NCBI GenBank assembly: GCA_000002445.1 | Contig: CM000207.1 | Span: 1-64,000 of the forward strand | Length of the DNA: 64,000 nt | Origin: Trypanosoma brucei | Lineage: Eukaryota | Direction: 5' to 3' | Shown: positions 23,700 to 35,699 of the stretch, piece after piece | Numbering within the stretch: the first letter of the stretch is position 1 | Layout: every line of letters begins with the position of its first letter | Notes under the pieces: model-generated | Told to the model about the DNA's origin: nothing | Database searches by the model: none | What the model saw: only the letters and a program-made list of their open reading frames with translations | Translations under genes and position numbers: made by a program

Positions 23700-24700
23700 G
23701 AATTATTGTGGTTGTTTTTCAAAATTATACAACTTAAGAATGGTGTAGACTCATATCGATTCCCAAACTAAGCAAAGTTGAAATTATCACAATTGCGATG
23801 GGAGTTTTGTATATCCATGTTACGAGACCGACATGGGTTATGGAATTTTTAAAAAACAGATTGCAAGTGATGATGATATTGTAATTACTGTAGATGGATC
23901 TGATGTTATTGTTACTGATGGACAGAAGTATGAAAATGCTGTGAAATATTTTATACAAAATACTGTAGATAATGAGGAAAATTTTAGTGGAGAGGATATA
24001 GTCAAAGAAAAGCGGATTTCTTCAATTCTATTTACGTCGACAGCTGAGTATTTTTAACCTCAGTTGGATTTGCTTATGAACTCACATCACAAGGAAAATA
24101 TGGAGAGATGTTATTGGTTTTTAAAGGCTCTTTACTCAGGAAAGGAAAAAATCAACCTAACTCATTTGCTAAAATGGTGGATAACTAAAAAACCTTAGTT
24201 GAGCAGTTGTGGTATAATAGCTAGTGTGGAAATTCAGAAAGTTTTAGAAAGCGTTTAATGAAATGCTTAAAATGAGCAACAGGTGGTGGTCGGATCAAAG
24301 TATTTCAAAGCCTTTGCTAATATGAAGTGCTATTCAGGAAGAAGCTGTTGGCCAGAGATTTGTTTTGAAAAGAGGGATGATTGGAGTATGATTATTAGGA
24401 GAGATTTTTTTCTAATCCATATAGTGTGGTGATTGGAGAGAATCCAGTTATTCATTTTCCAGGTCAGCCAATTGAATGGGAGGAGAAATAGAAATTGATT
24501 GTGGAAAATCTTACTTAGAATAAAGAGTTGAAAGGGAGGAAATTTAGTACGGTAGAGTTGAGAAAGATTCGAACTTATACGAGAGGTTGAAAAAAATTTC
24601 ATTTCACGTATGACAAAATTTGTATTTACGCATTTAAGGAAGGGTATTTATTTGAGACTTATAAAATGTGATTCCGAAGGTACTTTAAAGATGTTTGATC
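23700..24700 (+). repeat. VSG-upstream module type 1, copy A (degenerate)
   Basis: Shares ...taactcaag/aatggtgtag.ctcatat.ga...caaactaag...attacaattg... and the reading-frame remnants ASDDDIVITVDGSDVIVTDGQKYENAV (ORF 23833..24057) and a frameshifted W.DQSISKPLLI... with copies at 28850..29720 and 51100..51960. Confidence 0.6.
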
Positions 24701-24884
24701 ACAAAAAATCACCTTCCACGGTAATTTCTAATTAATATTAATGTTTTAGCCTTAAAGTCTTAAAGAACGCCACAAACCGGAAAGGTTTCTGTGACTTCCA
24801 AACTTACTCACAAGCCACTATAATTGGACGAACATTTACGCATTTCAACAAAAATAAAACCATAAATTTACTAACTTATAGGTA

Positions 24885-26384
24885 ATGCGGTCACTAATAG
24901 CGAATCTACTAACCGCACTAGTAGCTTTGACTTCAGTGGCACATTCGGCGCGAGAAAATGCACAGGAGTACGAAGCTCTTTGTGCAGCATATCAGGCAGC
25001 GACAGGCACCATTGAACCGGCGGATTTCAATACCGCGCAGGCAGATGCAGAAGTACCGACAGCTGTGAAGGCACTGTACGCGGCAACCATACCAGACGAA
25101 CACTACAATAATAAAACCTTTGGCATCTTCACAACCGACACAGAATTTACAGCAGTCAAAGATACAGTAAAAACCGAAAAAAACATTGACAAGTCTCCAG
25201 TTTACACCAGGCCTCCGGAAAGCCCAGGTAAGCGCGCTGCACTCACTGCTTTAGAAAGGCTGTACAACTCAACGAAAGCAACAGCTGGCCAAGCAGCCGA
25301 GAAACAAAAGGAGCTACAAAGCTTAAAAGAAAAGGCCGAAAAATTCTTAAAAGCAGCGGTTTTCGGACATGAAACGGCCACCGAAGCAAAAGAAGAAAAT
25401 TTCGACACCCGGGCCAACGCATGCAACGGCGGCGGCAATGCAAAGGCTGCCAGCCAAAATCTAGCACAAGCGCTAGCATGCGTTTGCGGCACAGCAAGCA
25501 CCAACAACGGGATCTGCGTCCAAGGGGAGGACCAAGCCAACTACGGCACAGGCAGCGGCGCTAGCGCTGGCGTCAGCGCCTATAAAGCCATAGTAGCAAA
25601 ATGTCAACCCGCCACCGAACCAAAAAAAGTCACGGCAGAACTGTTGACAGCGGCAGTCAGCCAAGTAGAATCCGTGCTCGGCAACAAAGCCTTCACAGGC
25701 CACACCAACAACGGAAGGTACGTCCTAGGAAACGGCGCGGCAGCGAACTGCAATGGCGGGGACAGTTCAGCCACTTGCATTGATTACACGACAACAGTGG
25801 GAACAGGAACATTCCACAAAGTAAAATGGGTCGAAAACATGCTCCAAGCAACGAAGGAACTGAAAAAAGCATATACCATAAGAGCGGAGCAAGCCAAAAT
25901 GCAGGCCCAGCTGGAAGCAGCAGAGGCTCAAGCGTGGCAGCTACGCGACACTCTGGCCATAGCCACTATAACCGCAGCACATGCAGCAGAAACTATCAAA
26001 CCTTCCAAGCGCCAACGACAAGAAACAATCGACTCCAAAGAAGCAGAGTGCAATACCAAAGACAAAGACACAGATTGCAAACCGCCATGCGCGTGGAATG
26101 CCGAAGCAAAAGATGAGAAAAAAAGGTGCACATTGAGCGAGAAAGGCAAAGAGGCAGCAGAAAAAGTAGCAGCAAACCAAGCAGGGACAGATGGTAAAAA
26201 TGAATCAAAATGTGGCGAGGCGAAAACAGAAGACGAATGCAAAAAGGTCCCGGGCAAGACACCAGAGGGAAAGAAAGCCGTTTGTGGATGGATTGAAGGC
26301 AAATGTCAGGATTCCTCAATTCTAGCAAGCAAACAATTCGCCCTCAGCGTGGTTTCTGCTGCATTTGTGGCCTTGCTTTTTTAA
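24885..26384 (+). CDS. VSG: Variant surface glycoprotein, apparently intact (499 aa, a-type)
   Basis: Signal peptide MRSLIANLLTALVALTSVAHSA, mature start RENAQEYEALCAAYQA, Cys-rich C-terminal domain and GPI signal ...CQDSSILASKQFALSVVSAAFVALLF*. 16-mer TGATATGTTTTAACAC at 26432-26447. Confidence 0.88.
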   Translation: MRSLIANLLTALVALTSVAHSARENAQEYEALCAAYQAATGTIEPADFNTAQADAEVPTAVKALYAATIPDEHYNNKTFGIFTTDTEFTAVKDTVKTEKNIDKSPVYTRPPESPGKRAALTALERLYNSTKATAGQAAEKQKELQSLKEKAEKFLKAAVFGHETATEAKEENFDTRANACNGGGNAKAASQNLAQALACVCGTASTNNGICVQGEDQANYGTGSGASAGVSAYKAIVAKCQPATEPKKVTAELLTAAVSQVESVLGNKAFTGHTNNGRYVLGNGAAANCNGGDSSATCIDYTTTVGTGTFHKVKWVENMLQATKELKKAYTIRAEQAKMQAQLEAAEAQAWQLRDTLAIATITAAHAAETIKPSKRQRQETIDSKEAECNTKDKDTDCKPPCAWNAEAKDEKKRCTLSEKGKEAAEKVAANQAGTDGKNESKCGEAKTEDECKKVPGKTPEGKKAVCGWIEGKCQDSSILASKQFALSVVSAAFVALLF

Positions 26385-26431
26385 AACAATTTTTCCTCCT
26401 CAATTTTTTCCTTTAAAAAACTTTTGCTATT

Positions 26432-26447
26432 TGATATGTTTTAACAC
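26432..26447 (+). promoter_or_regulatory. VSG 3'UTR conserved 16-mer
   Basis: TGATATGTTTTAACAC versus consensus TGATATATTTTAACAC. Similar elements occur at 27603, 31881, 41840, 45253 and 58105 after the other plus-strand VSGs. Confidence 0.7.
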
Positions 26448-26584
26448 GCAAATTTACCCGAAAAAAGTGAACTGTTTTTGTAAGTTTGTAAAAAATTCTG
26501 ATTCTGTAAAAAAATATTTTGTTTTTCTGGCAACTAAAATTGTTTTTTTCCCGTTGTTTTTTGTTTTTTTTTGTGCAGGTAGGG

Positions 26585-26616
26585 GGGTTAGCCGGCTTAG
26601 ACTTAGGGTTAGGGTT
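26585..26616 (+). repeat. Interstitial telomere-like tract (degenerate TTAGGG x ~5)
   Basis: ggttagccggcttagacttagggttaggg about 200 bp downstream of the intact VSG stop. Confidence 0.6.
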
Positions 26617-27172
26617 TTTTAGTTTTGGGAGTATTTTTTAATTCTCTTTTTATAATTTTTATTTTTTTAATAAATCTCTATTTTCTTAATTGTAAGTGAT
26701 GTAGCGGCTTTTTTACGTCAATCCTAATCATTTTTCTACCAGAAGATAACTTTTATTCATATTTTTCACCTGCAGCGCCGACCAGATTTGTTACTTTCTT
26801 TTGCTTTTGTGAATTTCAGCTCTGCGTTTTGTGCTTCGCGCGGCCTTTAAAATTTTGAAAAAAAAACGTTGCCGCGTGGCCTATGGTGCTGTGGACCGCT
26901 TTTCTTTTTACGCTGTAACGGGGACTTTTGCTGCGCGAAACGACTTTCTTTTCAAGAGACGCTAACAAACAAAACTTAATATTTGGAAGCGGAACAATAT
27001 GGAGTTCGGAAGATAAAGCCATCCGAAATAACAGTCTGTACCGGTCGTGTCACACCACAACAACCTAGGCAAAACAAACGAAGCCCGCGACCAGTTAACT
27101 TGTGCGTCATCAGGCCAATGCGTGCACATCGCCATGCAGCAACAGATCAGGCAGCAGATGTAAAGCACCTTA

Positions 27173-27595
27173 ATGCAGGGCTCCATAATCACTACAGGCA
27201 TAAATCCACCTCAAAAACCAAGCAGAAAGCCAATAGTAGAGGAAAAGAATAAATGCAAACTAAAAAACACAACTGCTGTAGAAGGATGTGCGGCTATTGA
27301 CTATTACTATGATGAAACTAACAAAGAATACAAGACAAAACCAGGAAAAGAAAACACATCAACAGGAACAGGAAAGACAAGTACCGGAGTATACTGCAGT
27401 AAACACCAAACACAGCGAGCCTGTGAAGCGGAAAACAAGGATGTAAAACCGGGTCAGAAAGCAGTATCTGGATGTATTGAGGATAAGTGCAAAGATTTAT
27501 TTTTTCTCTTCAGTAAGAATTTTGCTCTGATGGCTGCTTCTTTTGTGAGCTTGGTACTATTCAAGGATTTTGAATTTTTAAATTTGTTATTTTGA
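27173..27595 (+). pseudogene. VSG C-terminal fragment with stop codon lost
   Basis: ...CEAENKDVKPGQKAVSGCIEDKCKDLFFLFSKNFALMAASFVSLVLF followed by read-through. 16-mer TGATATATTTCAACAC at 27603-27618. No N-domain upstream. Confidence 0.7.
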
Positions 27596-27784
27596 GAGAA
27601 TTTGATATATTTCAACACCTCCTGATGATAATGTGCAAATTTTAAAAACACAAAATTATAAAATTATGGTTTCAAATTGTCCATGGTTGTATCGTACTAA
27701 TTTTATAAGAATATTAAAAGATTTATAGTGTAATTTGCTTTATTTTTCTTGTTTTATGAACGTTAGTTAGGGTTATAATAGTGA

Positions 27785-27920
27785 TAGTAAGGTGAAAGAT
27801 AAGAGTAAGTTGTTAGTGTGTATATACTAATAGTATACTAAAAGCAGTAATTATAGTTATAATTATTATTATTAAGATAGGAGAGTGTTGTGAGTATATG
27901 ATAATAATATAAGTGGTGAA
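27785..27920 (+). repeat. 70-bp repeat(s), forward
   Basis: ...attattattattaagataggagagtgttgtgagtatatgataataatataag... Confidence 0.75.
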
Positions 27921-28849
27921 GACAAATTGAATGCTCCAAATAATAGCATTTCAAGCGATAGCAAGGGTTTAATAAAGTAAGTGGGAAAAGTAGTGTGAGA
28001 GTGAGTGCTTGGGAGAGAAAGAGAACAAGAGGAACATTATGAAAGATAATGGAGAATAATTTTTTTAAAAAATGAAAATGAAAGATAAGTAGCTTACAAT
28101 AAATACAAAACAATGTTCGTCTTTATACACAAGAAGATTATCGGGGAACAATATGAAAGAGACAAAATAGAGCGCAATGACCAACTATGGTTACCCCATC
28201 GGCCGCCGCGCACATACCGCAGAAATTTGTGATGTATCAGTATTAGTAGGAGAAGATTGTAGCCAACATGTCACTGAAGATCTACAGATTTAGCAACACA
28301 GATTGTGATAACAACAATAGTAACATTAGTTTATAAAGACACGATGATGGGACTTTCACGACAAAACAGGGTGGTTGGATAACTATGACAGGCAACTCGT
28401 AATATTCATAGAACATTTAAAATAATCAGGTCAACTAGCTACTTCCATTCAGAAAACTATGCATAGAGGTTAAATGTGAAGATTGTTAAACAGCAGTGGA
28501 ATTCCTCTAGCATTCACAGCACCAGATTATACTAAAACTGATACTAAAACAAAAAGTTAGAGATGTATGATTAAAGAGGTGTTTCAGACACTGATAATAC
28601 GTCATTTAACAACGAAATAATAACAATATTAATGTATTGTTATGTAAAACCAGTAGTGACTCAACATATTTTTTTCTTTTATTTGTTATGATTTTCTTAT
28701 AACATTCTCAAATTTTTTAAGTAAATTAAGTCATTAAATTTGGTGTTTTGGAAAATTTACTATTACCATTTATATTACATAAAGTGTTTCACAGTGCAAA
28801 AACATTTCCGGAAAAACAGGAAAATATAGAATAGGGTCAACATGGGAAG

Positions 28850-29720
28850 CCCAGAGTCTTTGTGATTGTCGTTCAAATAATGCAACTCAAGAATGGTGTA
28901 GGCTCATATTGAGTGACAAACTAAGTAATGTTGACATAATTACAATTGCGACAGAAGGTTTGTATAACCATATTAAAAGATCTGGATAGGTTGTACAATA
29001 TTGATAAAGGCATAATGCAAGTGATGAGGACAATGTTATTCATTTGGATGGGCCTGATGCTATTGTTAGTGATGGAAATAAATATGAGAATGCTGTGGAA
29101 TATTTGATACAAAATACTGCAGAAAATGAAGATAGGGTTGGTGAATAGGATATTTACAAAGAGCATGTGGAGAGATTGTTATTAGTTTTTTAATGTTGGT
29201 TACAGAAAAGAAGAGGATAATAAATTACTTTATTTACTAAAATCACCTCTTAGTAGAAAAAGCTTATCTTAGTGGCGGTGGTTTGATAGCAAGAGTTTGG
29301 GCATTTAAGAAATTTGAATATGCATTTGGAGAATTATTAAAGGGAAGTGGGGAGTGGTGGTCAGAGCAGAGTATTTACAAACCATTGCTAATATGGAGTG
29401 CAAGTGAGGAAGAAACTGTAGGACAGAGATTTGTTTTGAGAAGTGGAATGATTGGGTTATATGATGAAGCGAGATTTTTTTCTATTCAATATGGTCAAAA
29501 AATTGGAGAAGCTTTATTCATTCCACTTTTATCCTCCATTGATTGCATGGAAGAATGAGGCGAAGTTGATTGTGAAAAATATCTGTTGATGTAAAGAATT
29601 GGAAGGAAGGAAATTTAGTACAAGAGATTTGGGGGAACTTCAAACATACAAGATCGATAGCGAGAAATGTTATTTAGAATTTGTGGAGATTTGTTGTGAA
29701 GTGTTTAAAGCAAGGAATAT
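28850..29720 (+). repeat. VSG-upstream module type 1, copy B
   Basis: ASDEDNVIHLDGPDAIVSDGNKYENAVEYLIQNT frame and ORF 29283..29558 MIARVWAFKKFEYAFGELLKGSGEWWSEQSIYKPLLIWSASEEETVGQRFVL... Confidence 0.6.
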
Positions 29721-30290
29721 TTTTAAAGCTCAAAAACAGTAAAATTAAAATTCTGAGTCAGCTCAGGGCTTGCAGGTGCACAGGCTCTCAAGGATATTTT
29801 TTTATTAAAATACAATACCTACTTTTATCCAGACTATGTTAAAAACGGAAACGCGGGCACCGACAGAAGATTAGGCTGGCTTCACTACAGAAAACTACAA
29901 AAGCAATGACATCAGAAAAGTTCTCGGTTTTGACGACTTTCGCCTTTGGGATTCAATTGCGAAAACAGCAAGCACTGGCTAGAAAATAGAAGTCAGCTAG
30001 AACTGAACCTACGGCTAAGCACGACAGCGCAACACCAACCAATGCTTAGCGATACGAAAAACATTCGGCGGCAAAATAACAGTTCAGCGAGGTGTAGTTG
30101 TCTATAAAACAATCTTTCGCCAAAGGGCTGGGACTTACTTTAAGAAAAAAAACAAGTAAATACATACAGAGCAACTGTCAAAAACTTTAAACCGCTTTCA
30201 AAGGGCTGGAGACCTCACCCTCATCGCCGGCCAACAAACCTTAAAATACAAGCACCACCACCAGACACCCTTTCACTAACATAACAGAAA

Positions 30291-31860
30291 ATGAAAGCCA
30301 GACAAATAATTACTCACCTGGCGGTGCTGTTGCTATTAGTGACCCCGCAGGCACGGGCAGCGGCACCGGCAGATGGCGACAACTTAGCGACGCTGGCGTA
30401 CTTGTGCCCCGCCCTTCAGCTAGCGGACGGCGACATAACATTGCACCCCGAACAAAGCAATCTAGATGGCAGCCTACAAGACCTGCTAGCGCTAAACATG
30501 TCACTAGCAGACGCCGCCTGGGCAGCTCAATTCAAGGCCTCACCGCCAGGTGCAACGCCAGTAGCAGCAACCGAGCAGCAGCAGAAGCCAGACCCCGGGA
30601 CACCAGAACAAATTGCTGCGTGGAAAATCGCCAAGGCAACAGTAGATAACAGCGCAAACTTCAAAAATGTGCTCGCAAAATACGGTTACACCCCAGAAAA
30701 CGCCTCGCAGCTGATACCGTTGAAAGGACTGATCGCTAAATACGCTGAAGCGGCATTCGACATACAGACAGCCGAAAAGTCGCAACTGCCGACCGGTCAT
30801 ACGGACGATCAACTGAAAACTCTGATAAAAACAGCAGTCTACGGGCATAACGGCGGCTACGACGTAAGCAAAAAAGCAGAGCTGGGATTTCCAGACAGCG
30901 AAAACCGAGAAGCCGCCTGCACGGCCCAAAGCAACAGCAACCCCGTAAAAACGATTTCCAGCATGGTCGCCTGTTTGTGTACAGTCAAAGACAACATGGC
31001 GCCAGCCAAAGCTCCGTGCGGCCCATACGGCAGCCAAGACCTCAAATGGGGCACAACCACGCCGCCAGGAAACGCTTTGTGGAAAAAGATGCGATCCAGC
31101 TGCCCAGAGGAACCCAAAAAGCCGGTAACCGCTATGAGAATACAAAACGCGCTCACGGCAGCAAAACTAGCGTTCCAAGCAGGAGGCAGCGATCTTTATG
31201 TAGGGAAATACGACGGGACAGGATGCGACGGCAGCACCAATACTGCCTGTATAAAATACACAGGCCAGGCAACAAACTCAGTACCTATCTTCACAAAAGC
31301 CGAGTGGCTCGACAAACTTCAAACAGTACAAAGCGACTTGCAGCAGCGCCTGTTAGCGGAGCAGTCAAAAAGCCAGGTAATCAGGCAAATAAAAACACTA
31401 AAGCAGCTGGTCAAAGCAGCCACCAAACACGCAGAAAAACTTACACCGCCAACGACGCAGCACCATAGCGACCCAAAACTAGCCACCGCAAACGACAAAA
31501 ATAGCCAAGCTCAGAAAACAGCAGATTGCTCAAAACTTGAAAAAGCGGAGTGCAAGCCCGATGTGGGATGCAGATATAACGAAACAACGACTAAATGCGA
31601 AAACGATGCCCAAAATCCAGTTTCAAAAACGAACAAAGAAGCTACAGGAGGAACAACAAACTCTGAAGGTAAGAAGTGCCCCGAAAAGAAAAAAGCAAGA
31701 AGACTGCAAAGATGGCTGCAAATGGAACGGAACAGAATGCAAAGATTCCAGTTTTCTCCTAAACAAACAATTCGCCCTCAGCGTGGTTTCTGCTGCATTT
31801 GTGACCTTGCTGTTTCAAAATTTTAAAACTTACAAGGGGTTTTGTTTAGTTTTGTGAAAC
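30291..31860 (+). pseudogene. VSG pseudogene with intact N-domain, C-terminal frameshift and lost stop
   Basis: 511-aa ORF 30291..31826 with signal MKARQIITHLAVLLLLVTPQARAAAP. Its C-terminus is out of frame. The proper C-terminus ...CKDGCKWNGTECKDSSFLLNKQFALSVVSAAFVTLLF sits in ORF 31537..31857 and runs on (QNFKTY...) because TAA is replaced. Confidence 0.75.
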
Positions 31861-32009
31861 TTATGTTACTTTCTAAAATTTAATATATTTTAACACTCTT
31901 TATCAAACATTTGCAAATTATTGTGTCTTTTTGAAAATATGAAAAATGTTTATAAACGTTTCCAATAGACATAAAGTAGTATGGTGATAGGGTATAAAAT
32001 GGGTGATAT

Positions 32010-32345
32010 TCTAATTTGTTTATTCAGTTATTTTTTGTTTTTATTAAATGGATATTTACTATTGTTATAATAATGATAAAAATAGGAGAGTGTTGTGAGT
32101 GTGTGTATACGTATATTATAATAATATTAATAATAATAATAGTAATGATAATAATAATAATAATAGGAGAGTGTTGTAAGTGTGTGTATACGTATATTAT
32201 AATAATAGTAATAATAATAATAACAGTAATGATAATAATAATAATAGGAAAGTGTTGTGAGTGTGTATATACAAATATTATAATAAGAGCAGTAACAATG
32301 ATAATAATATCGGTGTGTTGTTAGTTTGCATACACTAATATTATA
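32010..32345 (+). repeat. 70-bp repeat array, forward, ~4 units
   Basis: Repeated ...ataggagagtgttgtgagtgtgtgtatacgtatattataataat... Confidence 0.85.
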
Positions 32346-33257
32346 ATAAAAGTTGTCGTGAACACTAAATACACGAAGAAAACACAATCATTTAAATTAA
32401 TAAAAAAAGTGAGACAGGAAAAGGTGAGTAAAACTGTGAGAAAGAGATAAAGTATATTATTATCGAAGGAAGTGCAACAAAACCAGTGACGAATTTGGAT
32501 AAAATACGTGTAACCTTAAATACACGCATAATGCTTGGCGCCATCACTGTATACAAGGAGATTATGGGACGTTCAATACGATATTGGTAGAGCTCAGTTT
32601 ACAGGGGAAATGGAATCGGTACGTTATCTGCAAAAGAAGCGACAGAAAACAAAAAATAGGAAAATATAGAATTAAACGACACAATATGCAACAGCACATA
32701 AGAGAGAAAAAAGTACATCAAGAACAACAAGAACAGGTGAAGCCTTGCATTTTTCTTGGAAATATATGGGCGCATCAGCTGAGATGTTTCAAACTGCTGT
32801 TTTTAATCTTATTATGGATACTAGTGTGAAACAATGACTGCAGTGAGAGGAGGCTAGTATGCTAACTGTGTGTTATTTGCCATAGCCACAAATAAGAGAG
32901 CATAAATGGAGAGGTAAGATGGTCACTTTTTTTGCTGATATTGGTAGAAATGGGTGAATAATCTACACATAATTCAAAGGAAAAGGTATAGCCCACGTCG
33001 ATCCATCTGGTGGGAAGTGTAAATAGACCTACCCGCGGTCATTGAAAGCGCCAACTTGTCTTGATCCATAAGAAGAGGGAAAACATGCGAATCATCCTTC
33101 AAAAGCTGGCTCATCCAGCAGAAATGTACCAGCGTAATGCTAATCCGCTGTCAAAACTAAGTTATATTCCTCTTAAAAAGACTTTTTTCGTCCTTAAACT
33201 AGCCTCACCACAACAGGAATCAAATATCCCCTTTACAAGATAGGCAAAGTCAATTAA

Positions 33258-34789
33258 ATGTCAAACTGGAGGGCATTTTTTCCTCTGTTCCTGGTAATCA
33301 ACACTAGGGATGGCGGTGCAACAGCCAACGGTAAATCAGCGCGCCAGTATTACACCCTTTGCGAAATCTACAGTAGCGCCCTAAAGCTGACATCACAAAC
33401 CTACGTTTCACTCGGCGATTCCAGCGACTACAACAATATACTTGACTATAACATGTCTGTGGCCCCACAGTCGTGGCAACTGTTGTTCGCTGACCAGACG
33501 GACTCAAACACATGGGAGGAAAAGAAATCTGAGCTGCAGGCTAAAGACAGAAAAATAAACTGGGAGAAAGACTGGGAAACGTGGAGAAAAGCCAAAAAGC
33601 CGTCGATGACAAAAACAGCCAGTGGAGTAAACTAATAGACAACAGGGCGCCACCAAAGCCAAACTCACTGGCAGCGCAACAAATCAGGGCACTAACCCGA
33701 CAAGCGAAGACTATCCTGCGAGCGGTAGAAAACGAGCCAGCCAAAAAGAGAAAACCGTTGACAGCGGAAATCAAAGATCAGCTAATGGGAGCTCTCTGTG
33801 CGGGAAAGGCCGCTTGGGACGCAGCAAAAACTAAATGCGACATGAAGACACCAACGGACACCAAAGCAACAAACTGCGCGGACAGTAAAGCCGGGAAATC
33901 GGTATTATCGGACATGGTCTGCCTTTGTCAGACAAGGACAAACGGCGAGTGCATGCAAAGCGGTGCGAGCAGCAACCTCGAAGATGGAAGCGGTAACGGC
34001 AAAGCAGGAGGAATGCAGGAACTAATAGACAACTGTCCTAAGTCGGGAGACGGAAGCGACGCACACGAACAACTTAAGAAAGCATTATCCTCGTTCATGA
34101 GCATGGTTGGAACCGGCAGCACTGTCGATGGCGCTGTAATCTTCGGCGGAGCCGTCGACACAAACTGCCAAAACGAAGCTTCGGCGTGTGTGGACTACAA
34201 AAACCACTTCAAGAAAAATCAAAAAGGCTTTGCTGCGATTCCATGGTTAAACAAACTACGGACCGCAATCAGCTACCAGCAGCACTACGACCAACACCAA
34301 GCACATCAGCGGTCAGCAAAGCGTCGATTCCAAGAAATTTCTGATTCCATTCACAGTCTCTACACAGAACCAGAAACGGCACAAATAGGACAACAGCCAA
34401 AGAAGCCATTAATGACGGCACCTAAATGCAAACCACAAAACACAACTCCCTCTGAATACCCAGAAACTGAATGCGATTATGACGCAAATGCGGCAGATGG
34501 TAAAAAATGTAATCCTAAGGAGACAGGAACAGAAACCACAGTAACATGAGCAGCAGGGGGAAATACAGGTACAGCAGCTGCAAACGGATGTGCAAAACAC
34601 GGAACTGGTAAGACAAATTGTGAGGCTGACAAAACAGGCGACAAACAAAATTGTGCATGAAGGAAGGGTAAAGATAATGAGCCTGATCTAGAAAAAGAAA
34701 TGTGCCGTGATTCCAGCATTATCGGAAATAAGAAATTAGCTATGATTTCTGCTACTTTTGTGTGTTTGGGAGCATTTCAGGTATTTTGA
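33258..34789 (+). pseudogene. VSG pseudogene with a frameshift near 33600 and two in-frame TGA stops in the C-terminal domain
   Basis: ORFs 33258..33635 and 33581..34549. Downstream, ...VT*AAGGNTGTAAANGCAKHGTGKTNCEADKTGDKQNCA*RKGKDNEPDLEKEMCRDSSIIGNKKLAMISATFVCLGAFQVF* parallels the intact VSG 52253..53779, where the corresponding codon is TGG (NCAWRRG). Confidence 0.75.
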
Positions 34790-35019
34790 AATTATAGGTG
34801 TATTTGGTAAACTTTATCAAATTTTCTTTTCTTGAGATAATTTTCAAAATTACTGAAATTATATATTTTTCAACAATTTTCGATGGAAATATTCAAAATT
34901 TGAAAAACTTGAAGATGCAAAATGTTGGAGTGAAAGCAACATATTGTAGCTAAGTAGTTTGTTCTCAGTGTATAAATAATGTTTGCTATTATAAAGTCAC
35001 TAATTTAATTCATGTTATG

Positions 35020-35110
35020 CATATTAGTTATTGATACGACAGTAATAGTAAGAATAATGATAATAATAGAAGCGTGCTGTCAGCGTGTGTATACTAATAT
35101 TATAATAAAA
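35020..35110 (+). repeat. 70-bp repeat, forward, single
   Basis: ...gataataatagaagcgtgctgtcagcgtgtgtatactaatattataat... Confidence 0.75.
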
Positions 35111-35699
35111 GTTTGGTAAAGACTAAATGGACGGGTAAAAAGTAGGATTTACAACAATGAAAATGTTGTAGTAGGAGTGAGTGAGTGAGTGAGTGATAGT
35201 GTCTAGGAGAGAACGTGGAATATTATTAAAGAACAGGAAAAAATACAAATAGAAAAAGAGTACTTTGAATATGCACAGTTACAAGCACAAATATAACAAA
35301 GAAAATCACCTTGCACAGTGAAATGATCGAGGGGAAAATCATGGGGAGGCAATGTCCAGTGTACAGGCCAAGCATAGTTCCAACGTTATCCAAAGTGGTA
35401 TAGGCCATAGAGAAAAAAATGGAGGAAAATAGAAAGTGAAACAACGGGATAATCGAAATAATAGCAAGGAAGAAAATGATAGGATATAAATAGTGTGGCT
35501 TATTCCACACAGAAATTGATTGATGCTCTTTCAGTGATTATAGTATCTACTGGAATTTTAAATCTGATAGCGGATTCTAGTATATAGCTGTTAATAAATC
35601 GACCCAGAAGTAAGTAATTGGGTAAATGTGAGGTAATGTCGGAGTAGTATTATCATTATATATAGTAAAAAAGACATATATTTGTGAAACAATATGATA

